A stretch of DNA of 64,000 nt from an uncultured Gammaproteobacteria bacterium. Lineage in GTDB: Bacteria; Pseudomonadota; Gammaproteobacteria; Steroidobacterales; Rariloculaceae. Below, piece after piece: positions 18,463 through 29,941 of this stretch. Within the stretch, counting starts at the first letter, position 1. The number at the start of each line of letters is the position of its first letter. Under the pieces are notes generated by a model that saw nothing but the letters and a program-made list of their open reading frames with translations, searched no databases and was not told the DNA's origin. The DNA lies in contig CAWFPH010000002.1 of the NCBI GenBank assembly GCA_963817615.1, positions 769,168 to 833,167 of the forward strand. Direction: 5' to 3'. Made by a program: the position numbers and the translations under genes.

Positions 18463-19098
18463 CTAGCGCGGTGTCGGCGGGGCGTATTCTGGCGGACGCG
18501 TCGCGACAACTGCGCCGCCATCGTCCACGATGCGCTCGGGTAGCAGGCATTGCCCTATTCGCGCAGGACTGATTTCGAAGTGGCCATGGCAGGTTCTCAT
18601 CAGCCCTCTTGCAGAGCTGAACTGCCCAGGCGGCGCCGCCACGTAGTACTTCTTGTCGACGAAGCGGCGTCGAGTCTTCTCGATAGCGGGAACGAGATCG
18701 GAATCCGCGCTGACGATGACGGCACGGTCGTAGAGATCGTCGTAACCATCCTCGACGACTGCGAGCGCAAGGCGTACGTCGGTCTCCTTCTCCTCGTGGG
18801 CCTTCCAGCTATGCCCGCAACGCCGACAGCTTCGATACTTGTCCTTGAAGTGCGCCATTACTGGGGTCGTCCCGGTGGTCTCCAATGCGGCAACGTACTG
18901 GCGATGACGGGCATACGGCCCCGGTAGCCATGTCGCGTAAGCACTGAAGTATCTGACGCAAGCCAGAGTTTCGCCCGGTCGCAGCATCGTTCGGGCAAGA
19001 GCAGACAGGTCAACCCATTTCAGATGAGGACGCCCGAGCTCGTCGATGGCGTGATACAGATTGAATCCGTCGAAGTAGCAGCAAACTCGCGTGACCAT
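18463..19098 (-). CDS. NYN-domain (LabA/PIN-like) putative ribonuclease with inserted Cys motif
   Basis: Start at ATG 19098 (GGGAG 9 nt upstream). The conserved acidic positions of NYN domains are present: CCYFDGFNLYH, EKETDVRLAL and VIVSADSDLVPAI. There is also a CRRCGH element. Its stop lies 3 nt from the PrimPol-helicase stop. Confidence 0.8.
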   Translation of the reverse strand: MVTRVCCYFDGFNLYHAIDELGRPHLKWVDLSALARTMLRPGETLACVRYFSAYATWLPGPYARHRQYVAALETTGTTPVMAHFKDKYRSCRRCGHSWKAHEEKETDVRLALAVVEDGYDDLYDRAVIVSADSDLVPAIEKTRRRFVDKKYYVAAPPGQFSSARGLMRTCHGHFEISPARIGQCLLPERIVDDGGAVVATRPPEYAPPTPR

Positions 19099-19279
19099 CG
19101 ACTCATGCTCCCGCAAACAAAAAAGGCCAGGCACCTTGCGGCGACCTAGCCTTATCCGCGGGGACGTACCCCGTGGGTTTACCGAGGCGCAATTTTAAAG
19201 ACATCCCTCACCACTTCGCAACCTCACATCGAGACCAGCGTGACGGGCATCTCGCCGGCGGCCGTTCGCCATTCGCTTA

Positions 19280-20377
19280 TCAGCGGATCCCCGCCTGATC
19301 GAGGCGCTTGACGAGATCCTCGGCCCGCAGGTGCGTGTAGCGGCGCAGCATCTGCATCGACTTGTGCCCCGAGATCGACGCGGCTTCCTGATCGCTCAAA
19401 CCCGCTTCGACGAGTCGCGATACGGCCTCGTGGCGCAAATCGTGAAACCGAAACCCTTTGATCTTCGCGTTGCGCACGGCGGTAAACCATGCGCGCTTGA
19501 AATCGTGACCGCGGCGTTGCCCATCGCGCCCCGGCTCGCCGAAAAACACCAACTCCGTATCCTCCGGCCGAACGGGGTTCTTGACTGCCGCGCGCATCAC
19601 CTTCACGGCCTGCTTGGACAAAGGCACGGTTCGCGCGGACCCGTTCTTGGTTTCGTTGAGCCGAATGACTCGGCGCTTCAAATCGACCTGATCGAGCGTC
19701 AGTGACTGGATTTCGCCCTGACGCATGCCGGTATAGAGCGCGAGCTTCACCATCCATCCGAGCATCGGATTCGAGTGCTCGCTACAGGCTTTGATCAGCA
19801 GCTTTTCTTCGGCCGGTCTCAGCCGCCGCGCCCGGCCGGGCGCTGGCGACGGCTTGCGCACCAGCGAGACCGGGTTGTAGACGACACTGAGCCGCCACTC
19901 CCGAATCGCCGTCGTATATAGATGAGAGAGCAGAGCGAGATCGAGCCGGACGCTCGACGACGACTGCCCTTCCTTGGTCCTGTCGTCGCGATATTTGGCG
20001 ATCACATCCGGCGTCAACGCCGTGAGGCTGTACTTGCCGAGACGGTCCTTCAGCGTCTTCGCGCGGCGGAGCTCGCGCGAAGCGGTCGTCACGCGCTTGG
20101 TCGGCGTGATCTCCGACAGGTAGCGATCGAGCGCCACCTTCAACGTCAGTTGATGCGAATCCGCTCGGTTGATGAAAACACCGCGCACCATTTCATCTTC
20201 GACGTTGCGCGCCCAATCCTCGGCGTCCCGCTTTGTGCGAAACGTCTTACTCGAGATCGGCCAACCCGTTTTGCGGACGACCGCTTTCCATTTGCCAGCG
20301 GCGGTTTTCAGCAGAGTAGCCAAGGTAAGACCCCCAATGCTCACGGGCGCGAGGCCACTCTTTCGAGTGTACCTCAC
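19280..20377 (-). CDS. int: tyrosine-type site-specific integrase
   Basis: The C-terminal catalytic pattern is present: ALYTGMRQGEI...FHDLRHEAVSRLVE...ISGHKSMQMLRRYTH (R...HxxR...Y). The true start is possibly TTG 20323 (MATLLKTAAGKWKAVVRK) with GGGGG upstream. The gene lies 66-120 nt from the tRNA-Phe 3' end. Confidence 0.9.
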   Translation of the reverse strand: MRYTRKSGLAPVSIGGLTLATLLKTAAGKWKAVVRKTGWPISSKTFRTKRDAEDWARNVEDEMVRGVFINRADSHQLTLKVALDRYLSEITPTKRVTTASRELRRAKTLKDRLGKYSLTALTPDVIAKYRDDRTKEGQSSSSVRLDLALLSHLYTTAIREWRLSVVYNPVSLVRKPSPAPGRARRLRPAEEKLLIKACSEHSNPMLGWMVKLALYTGMRQGEIQSLTLDQVDLKRRVIRLNETKNGSARTVPLSKQAVKVMRAAVKNPVRPEDTELVFFGEPGRDGQRRGHDFKRAWFTAVRNAKIKGFRFHDLRHEAVSRLVEAGLSDQEAASISGHKSMQMLRRYTHLRAEDLVKRLDQAGIR

Positions 20378-20442
20378 TGTACCTCTGCTGTACCTTCCGT
20401 GGACTTACGAGCCGAGCACGGTAACATAAGTCATTGATTAGA

Positions 20443-20518
<76 letters not shown>

Positions 20519-20684
20519 GTGCGGCAGGCGCGCGGAGCGCCGAACGGGCGAGTATTAGAACGAGCCGGTCGCGGGCGCGTCAAGGCGTTCTCTCAGGATC
20601 CTCCGGATAGGCCGGCGCGGCGCCGACGGCATTTTGCCGGTGTCGACTGCGGCGCGCGGGCCCGCAATTTGCATTCCCGCGGGC

Positions 20685-22004
20685 ATGAGCCACGCTCTTG
20701 CCGCCCCGCACGCCGAGGAGTTGCCGGCGCGCTACCGGCGCATCCGAGAGGACACCTTGCGTCTCGCCGCTCCGCTCGCGATCGAGGACCAGGTCGTGCA
20801 GGTGAGCGCAGAGACGAGTCCGACGAAATGGCACCTCGCGCATACGACGTGGTTCTTCGAGCGCTTCTGCCTCGCGACATATGCCAGAGGCTATGAGCCG
20901 GTCGATCCGCGTTACGACACGCTGTTCAACTCCTATTACTACACGGTCGGCGAAATGCACGCGCGCGCCGAGCGCGGGCTGCTGAGCCGCCCCACCGTGG
21001 CCGACATCCGCGAGTATCGCGCTCGCGTCGACGCCGCCATGACCCGATTGCTCGCCGAGCGCAGCCACGAGCGTGAGATCGCGGCGATCGTCGAGCTCGG
21101 CTTGAACCACGAGCAGCAGCATCAGGAGCTGTTGCTCACCGACGTGAAGCAGGTGCTATTCGCGAACCCGCTCGGACCGCGCTACGCGGACTTGCCGCTG
21201 CCGATGCCATGCCACGCCACCGCGGTCGACTTCGTAACTCAACCGAGCGGCGTGCTCGAGATCGGCGCAGATGGGCGCAGCTTCTGCTTCGACAATGAGA
21301 CTCCGCGTCATCGCGTGCTCGTGCGGGAGCATGCGCTCGGCTCACGGCTCGTCGCGAACGCCGAGTACCGCGAGTTCATCGACGACGGCGGTTATGGCGA
21401 GCCGCGTCTATGGCTCGCGGACGGCTGGGCGAAGATTCGCACCGAGCGGTGGTCGCGACCGCTCTGCTGGTCCGAGGACTGCGAGCGTGAATTCACGCTC
21501 GGGGGCTGGCGCGAGATCGACGCGCAGGCGCCCGTCTGCCACGTGAGCTACTACGAGGCCGACGCGTTCGCGCGATGGGCCGGCCGGCGGTTGCCGACCG
21601 AGGCCGAATGGGAGATCGCCGCGGCCGCCACCGCCGTCGCGGGCAACACCCTCGAGACGGGCTTCATGCAGCCGGTCGGCATCGAGCCGCGAGCGCCGCC
21701 GGTCGGGTCGGCCGCGGCGACCCAATCCGCGATGCCCGGGGGGAGGCCGCCGGTTTCGAAGATCTCGCAGCTCTGGGGCGACGTCTGGGAATGGTGCGCC
21801 TCGAGCTACGGACCCTACCCCGGCTTCGAGGCACACGCGGGATCGCTCGGCGAGTACAACGGCAAGTTCATGTGCAATCAGGTCGTGGTCCGCGGCGGCT
21901 CGTGCGCGAGCTGGGCGGAGCATCTGCGGCCCACTTATCGAAGTTTCTTTTATCCGCAAGACCGCTGGCAATTTTTGGGATTCAGACTCGCGAATGATCT
22001 CTGA
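20685..22004 (+). CDS. egtB: ergothioneine biosynthesis sulfoxide synthase EgtB (DinB-like + FGE-sulfatase domains)
   Basis: SPTKWHLAHTTWFFERF, ELGLNHEQQHQELLLTD and C-terminal GDVWEWCASSYGPYPGF...RGGSCAS match EgtB. Start taken at ATG 20685. Confidence 0.9.
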   Translation: MSHALAAPHAEELPARYRRIREDTLRLAAPLAIEDQVVQVSAETSPTKWHLAHTTWFFERFCLATYARGYEPVDPRYDTLFNSYYYTVGEMHARAERGLLSRPTVADIREYRARVDAAMTRLLAERSHEREIAAIVELGLNHEQQHQELLLTDVKQVLFANPLGPRYADLPLPMPCHATAVDFVTQPSGVLEIGADGRSFCFDNETPRHRVLVREHALGSRLVANAEYREFIDDGGYGEPRLWLADGWAKIRTERWSRPLCWSEDCEREFTLGGWREIDAQAPVCHVSYYEADAFARWAGRRLPTEAEWEIAAAATAVAGNTLETGFMQPVGIEPRAPPVGSAAATQSAMPGGRPPVSKISQLWGDVWEWCASSYGPYPGFEAHAGSLGEYNGKFMCNQVVVRGGSCASWAEHLRPTYRSFFYPQDRWQFLGFRLANDL

Positions 22005-22161
22005 ATCCCCGCCTTGAGGACGCGCCGGGGCGAAGCGACGGCGAAGCGAATGCTTGCAGCCGCGCGGGTCGGCCGCTGCTCGGCGTAGCGTCGGGCCGCC
22101 CGAGCGCACGGGTCGCCACATGCACCGCGCCGCTGGCGCGCAACTTGCACTCCGGCCGGGC

Positions 22162-23142
<981 letters not shown>

Positions 23143-23171
23143 CCGCAGGGGCCGCGCTATGATCGGCCCTC

Positions 23172-25124
<1,953 letters not shown>

Positions 25125-25388
25125 GGCGCCGCGCACGCGGCTCTGCAATCGCTCGCACGCGCAGGCGTGCGCCCGTCGCGCCGACGTAGTCAGCGCTCGG
25201 CTCGAGGCCACGGCCCTGCACCACCGTCGAGCACCGCGCCCTCGAATCTGCCACGCGAATGCACGGCGCTTCGGCTCGAGGCGCCGCAAGACTTGGCGTA
25301 GCCCGCGGATTCACTGTGCCGGCACGATTCCTGCACAGGTCGGATCGTCCCGCGATCGCGGGAACTGCAATCCGCTGGAGTCACGCCT

Positions 25389-28325
25389 ATGGCCGACATC
25401 GATACCGGGTTCTCGAGCCGCGTCCACCGAGCCGCCAAGCGCTATATCTACGCGTGGCGCGGCGGCTACGCAGAGGGCAGCGGTGCGATGCGAGGCTTGC
25501 TCGGAGGCAAAGGTGCGGGTCTCGCCGAGATGGCAAGCGCCGGTCTGCCGGTACCGCCCGGCTTCACGATCACGACCGAGGCCTGCAACGACTACTTCGC
25601 GGCAGGGACGCGACTGCCATGCGGCCTCTGGGACGACGTCCTCGCCGCGGTGCGCGATCTCGAGCGCGACAGCGGCAAACGGTTCGGCGGCAGCGCGAAG
25701 CCACTGCTGGTGAGCGTGCGCTCCGGTGCGAAGGTGTCGATGCCCGGAATGATGGACACCGTGCTGAACTTGGGGCTCAACGAGACCACGCTTGCCGGAC
25801 TCGTCGCTCTGACGGGCGACGAGCGCTTCGCGTGGGACGCGTATCGGCGTTTCGTGCAGATGTTCGGCCGCATCGTGCTCGGCGTGCCGGCCGAGCGTTT
25901 CGAGCACGCGATCGATGCCCGAAAGGCACAGCGCGGCGTGCAGTCCGACTCCGCGCTGGATGTCGCCGCGCTGCGCGAGCTCGTCGAAGAGTTCAAACGG
26001 GTCATCGAAACCGCCGCCGCGCGGCGGTTTCCAGACGACCCCCTCGAGCAGCTCGAGCTCGCCGTCGAGGCGGTGTTCCGCAGCTGGTTCGGTCAGCGGG
26101 CTTGCGACTATCGGAAGTTCCACAAGATTCCCGATTCGCTCGGCACGGCCGTCAACGTCGTTGCGATGGTGTTCGGCAACATGGGACCGACGTCCGGCAC
26201 GGGCGTTGCGTTCACGCGCGATCCGAACACCGGAGAGCGCGTACTGTACGGCGAGTACCTCACGAACGCGCAAGGCGAGGACGTCGTGGCCGGCATCCGG
26301 ACCGCGCCGAAGATCGCCGAGATGGCCTCGGAAATGCCGTCGACCTACGCGGAGTTTCGCCGCATCGCCGAACGCCTGGAACGCCACTACCGCGACGTGC
26401 AGGACCTCGAGTTCACGATCGAGCGCGGCCGGCTGTTCATGCTGCAGACGCGCTCGGCGAAGCGCACCGCCGCGGCGGCGGTGAAGATCGCTGTCGACAT
26501 GGTGCGAGAAGGCCTGATCACGAAGCGCGAGGCCCTCATGCGCATCGAGCCTGCACAAATCGAGCAGTTGCTGCGGGCGCGCTTCGACTCTGCGGCGCGC
26601 GACGCCGCGCGCCCGGCCGCGCGCGGCCTGAACGCATCCCCCGGTGCGGCCGTTGGCCGGGTCGTGTTCGACGCGGCCGAAGCGGCCGCCCGGGTGGCCC
26701 GCGGCGACCGCGTGATTCTGGTGCGGCTCGAAACCTCGCCCGACGACTTTCACGGCATGGCGGTCGCTCAGGGCATCTTGACCGCGCGCGGCGGCGCGAC
26801 GTCGCATGCGGCGGTCGTCGCGCGCCAGATCGGTAAACCCTGCGTCGCGGGCTGCGGCGAGCTGACGATCGATGCCGCGACCAAGACAGCGCGCTTTGCC
26901 GAGAGCGGCGTCTGCCTCGCGGAAGGCGATTGGCTCAGTGTCGACGGCACCACGGGACACGTGTTCCTCGGGGAGTTGCCGTGCGTCTCCGCGTGCTTCG
27001 AGGATCAGCCGGAGCTCGCGACGCTGCTCGCCTGGGCCGACGAGGTACGTCGCCTCGGGGTCTGGGCGAATGCGGACGAGCCCGAGGAAGCGGCGCTGGC
27101 GCGCCGCTACGGTGCCGAGGGCATCGGCCTATGCCGCACGGAGCACATGTTCCGCGACGGCCGGCGCCTCGAGATCGTTCGCGCGGCGATTCTGGTGGCG
27201 CACCGGGCGAGCCGCGCCGCGGCCGACCGGGCGGCGGGTCTGCCGCTCGACGCCACCGCGGGCGCGGCGCTCGAGCGCTTCGAGAGTGCGCTTCACGAGC
27301 TCGAGCGCCTCCAGCAGCGCGACTTCGAGGCGATTTTCCGCGCGATGGACGGCTTGCCCGTCGTCGTGCGGCTGATCGACCCGCCATTGCACGAATTCCT
27401 GCCGAAGCTCGAGCAGCAGATCGCGAAGGTCGCCGCAGCCGAGGCCAACGGCGGCGCGGCCGCCGAGGACACGGCGCTGCTCGCAGCGATCAGGGCGCTG
27501 CACGAGCCGAACCCCATGCTCGGGTTACGCGGCTGCCGTCTCGGGCTCATGGTCCCCGAGCTCGTGAAGATGCAGACGCGTGCGATCCTGAATGCGCAGC
27601 TCGCCGTGCAACGCGCAGGCGGCCGCGCGATCGCGAAGATCATGATTCCGCTCGTCGGTCACGTGAACGAGCTTTCCCGCACGAAGCGGCTGCTGGAGGC
27701 GGAAGCCCGTGCCGTCGAGCGCGCGGCAAACGCGAAGCTCGATTATCAGTTCGGCACGATGATCGAAGTGCCGCGCGGCGCGCTGACCGCCGAGGAGATC
27801 GCTCGTGAGGCCGATTTTTTCAGCTTCGGCACGAACGATCTCACGCAGATGACGTTCGGCTATTGCCGCGATGCGGCCGAAGCGGGCTTCCTGCGGCAGT
27901 ACGTCGACGACGGCGTGCTGCCCGCAAATCCGTTCCAGACGCTCGACGTGGCGGTCGCGCATCTCGTCGAGACGGCCGCACGCAAAGGCCGCGCGACCCG
28001 ACCGGATCTCAAGCTCGGCATTTGCGGGGAGCACGGCGGCGACCCGGACTCGATCGCCATCTGCGAGCGCATCGGGCTCGACTACGTGTCGTGCTCGCCG
28101 TTTCGTGTGCCGGTCGCGCGGCTGGCGGCCGCGCGGGCCGCGCTTGCGGTGCAGACGACCGAGACTGCAAACCCCGCACGCGGTGGCGCGTTGCCGAGAC
28201 GTGGCGCTCGACGTCGCGGACCGCGTCCGACCGAGATCGCTGCGGCGCTGCTCGCCGGGATCGGCGCAGCCGACGGTACGCTGCCGGCGACGGAGGATAG
28301 GCCGGTCGACGCGCCGGCGCGATAG
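25389..28325 (+). CDS. ppdK: pyruvate, phosphate dikinase
   Basis: MRGLLGGKGAGLAEM, the phospho-His region TARGGATSHAAVVARQIGKPCV, and C-terminal GICGEHGGDPDSIAICERIGLDYVSCSPFRVPVARLAAA. The ORF continues ~55 aa past the usual family end. Confidence 0.95.
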   Translation: MADIDTGFSSRVHRAAKRYIYAWRGGYAEGSGAMRGLLGGKGAGLAEMASAGLPVPPGFTITTEACNDYFAAGTRLPCGLWDDVLAAVRDLERDSGKRFGGSAKPLLVSVRSGAKVSMPGMMDTVLNLGLNETTLAGLVALTGDERFAWDAYRRFVQMFGRIVLGVPAERFEHAIDARKAQRGVQSDSALDVAALRELVEEFKRVIETAAARRFPDDPLEQLELAVEAVFRSWFGQRACDYRKFHKIPDSLGTAVNVVAMVFGNMGPTSGTGVAFTRDPNTGERVLYGEYLTNAQGEDVVAGIRTAPKIAEMASEMPSTYAEFRRIAERLERHYRDVQDLEFTIERGRLFMLQTRSAKRTAAAAVKIAVDMVREGLITKREALMRIEPAQIEQLLRARFDSAARDAARPAARGLNASPGAAVGRVVFDAAEAAARVARGDRVILVRLETSPDDFHGMAVAQGILTARGGATSHAAVVARQIGKPCVAGCGELTIDAATKTARFAESGVCLAEGDWLSVDGTTGHVFLGELPCVSACFEDQPELATLLAWADEVRRLGVWANADEPEEAALARRYGAEGIGLCRTEHMFRDGRRLEIVRAAILVAHRASRAAADRAAGLPLDATAGAALERFESALHELERLQQRDFEAIFRAMDGLPVVVRLIDPPLHEFLPKLEQQIAKVAAAEANGGAAAEDTALLAAIRALHEPNPMLGLRGCRLGLMVPELVKMQTRAILNAQLAVQRAGGRAIAKIMIPLVGHVNELSRTKRLLEAEARAVERAANAKLDYQFGTMIEVPRGALTAEEIAREADFFSFGTNDLTQMTFGYCRDAAEAGFLRQYVDDGVLPANPFQTLDVAVAHLVETAARKGRATRPDLKLGICGEHGGDPDSIAICERIGLDYVSCSPFRVPVARLAAARAALAVQTTETANPARGGALPRRGARRRGPRPTEIAAALLAGIGAADGTLPATEDRPVDAPAR

Positions 28326-28391
28326 GCGTGGCTCGTCGCGCGATTCTCGCCCGGTCGCCGCGGCGCGTATGCTCGAGCCGGCTGGCGCGAT

Positions 28392-28667
28392 CTATTGCGG
28401 CTTGTAATCCGGCGGCGCCTCCGAACCCTCGCCGAACAAGAACTTCTGCATCTCGTTCTCGAGGAATTTGCGCGCCTTCGGCTCGATCGGCGTGAGCCGG
28501 TACTCGTTGATCAGCATCGTCTGGTGCTTGAGCCAGCGTTGCCATGCGACTTTCGAGACGCACTCGTAGATGCGCTGACCGAGCGCACCGGGGTACGGCG
28601 GACGGTCGAGCCCTTCGGCTTCGGCGCCGAGCACGACGCAGTGAATGGTCCTCGCCACGTGAATCAC
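28392..28667 (-). CDS. yggX: Fe(2+)-trafficking / oxidative damage protection protein YggX
   Basis: [54 protein letters not shown] matches YggX. The start may be GTG 28658. Confidence 0.85.
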   Translation of the reverse strand: MIHVARTIHCVVLGAEAEGLDRPPYPGALGQRIYECVSKVAWQRWLKHQTMLINEYRLTPIEPKARKFLENEMQKFLFGEGSEAPPDYKPQ

Positions 28668-28718
28668 CTCGCGACTTGCTGCATCCGCCGCCGCTTCGAG
28701 CAGCGGCGAACCATCCCA

Positions 28719-29909
28719 TTATGCAAGACGCGGCGCGGCGGCGTGCAGCGAAACGGCTGGGTCGGCGAGCGCGTCGACAGGCGGCGGGCTCGGCGCCTCG
28801 CCGCGGCCAAGCGCTGCGCCGAGCGCTGCGATCGGCGCGGGCACGCCCACCGTCAGAGCCTCTCCGGGCTGCCACCAGCGGCGATGGTCGCGGTCGGCGA
28901 CCCCGGCTCCAGGTGGCGTAATCTTGACGAGCAGCGGCTCGAGATCGAGGTCGAAATGCGTGAAGGCGTGCGCGATGGTCTCGAGCGGCCGCTCGAGCAA
29001 GACCTCGGCGCCGAGCTCGGCGGCGCACCACTCGCTCGCCGTCCGCGACTCGTCGAGCTCGGGCAGGCTGTAAAGACCGCCCCAAACGCCGCTCGGCGGA
29101 CGCCGCTCGAGCAGCACGCGGCCATCGGGCGCCTGCACGACGAGCACGCTCACGCGGCGCGTCGGCCGCACGCGCTTCGGGCGCGGCGCCGGCAAGCGCT
29201 CGTGGCTGCCCTCGGCGTACGCTAGGCAGCCGCTCACGAGCGGGCAGCGCGTGCATCCGGGTCGGACCCGCGTGCACAGCGTCGCGCCCAAATCCATGAT
29301 TGCTTGCGTGTAGTCGGCGACGCGATGGTTTGGGGTGTGACGCTCCGCGTGCGCCCAAAGGTCGCGCGCGACGCGAGGATCCCCTGGCCAGCCGTCGACC
29401 GCATGGACGCGCGCCAGCACGCGCTTCGCGTTGCCGTCGAGAATAGGCAGCCGCATCCCGCGAGACTGCGCGAGCACCGCGCCCGCGGTCGAGCGGCCGA
29501 TGCCGGGCAGCGAGACGAGCTCGTCGAAAGTCTCCGGCAGTCGGCCCCCACAACGCTCGGCAACGATCACGGCCGCGCGGTGCAGGTTGCGCGCGCGTGC
29601 GTAGTAGCCGAGCCCGGACCACAGCGCGAGCACCTCGTCGAGCGGCGCCGCCGCGAGCGAGCTGATGGTCGGGAACCGGCGCATGAAGCGCTCGTAGTAG
29701 GCGACGACCGTCGCGACCTGCGTCTGCTGCAGCATGATCTCCGCGACCCAAACGGAGTACGGAGTGCGCTCTCGCTGCCACGGCAGGTTGCGCCGGCCGT
29801 GCACATCGAACCATGCGAGCAGCCGCTTCGCGAGCTCGTCGTCGTCGAACGTGAGCCGCGTGCGCGTGGCCGCCGCCTGCACGCCGCACGGCGCGTGCGC
29901 TGCGGCCAC
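28719..29909 (-). CDS. mutY: A/G-specific adenine DNA glycosylase MutY
   Basis: LPWQRERTPYSVWVAEIMLQQTQV, GLGYYARARNLH, the HhH LPGIGRSTAGAV, the Fe-S cluster CTRVRPGCTRCPLVSGC and a NUDIX-like C-terminus. The long ORF (to 30395) overlaps the asmA-family gene, so the start was placed at GTG 29909 (alternative 29882). Confidence 0.9.
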   Translation of the reverse strand: MAAAHAPCGVQAAATRTRLTFDDDELAKRLLAWFDVHGRRNLPWQRERTPYSVWVAEIMLQQTQVATVVAYYERFMRRFPTISSLAAAPLDEVLALWSGLGYYARARNLHRAAVIVAERCGGRLPETFDELVSLPGIGRSTAGAVLAQSRGMRLPILDGNAKRVLARVHAVDGWPGDPRVARDLWAHAERHTPNHRVADYTQAIMDLGATLCTRVRPGCTRCPLVSGCLAYAEGSHERLPAPRPKRVRPTRRVSVLVVQAPDGRVLLERRPPSGVWGGLYSLPELDESRTASEWCAAELGAEVLLERPLETIAHAFTHFDLDLEPLLVKITPPGAGVADRDHRRWWQPGEALTVGVPAPIAALGAALGRGEAPSPPPVDALADPAVSLHAAAPRLA

Positions 29910-29941
29910 ACGCGCGCCGGAGCGTCTCGCGCGGCCGGAGC

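Noticed and set aside
19115-19160. A hairpin with G-U pairs followed by a U-run on the minus strand (GGCUAGGU...GCCUGGCC UUUUUGUUUG), between the integrase stop and the NYN start. It could be an intrinsic terminator.
   Set aside because: The stem needs two wobble pairs and an 11-nt loop. The U-run ends only a few nt from the NYN ribosome-binding site, leaving no room for a promoter. I could not decide whether it is a terminator, an attenuator or chance.
28146-28325. A ~55-aa Arg/Ala-rich C-terminal extension of pyruvate phosphate dikinase beyond the usual ...SCSPFRVPVARLAAA end.
   Set aside because: Its composition looks like read-through into high-GC intergenic DNA before the first stop, not like a domain. 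No motif was recognised. It is probably of no functional significance.
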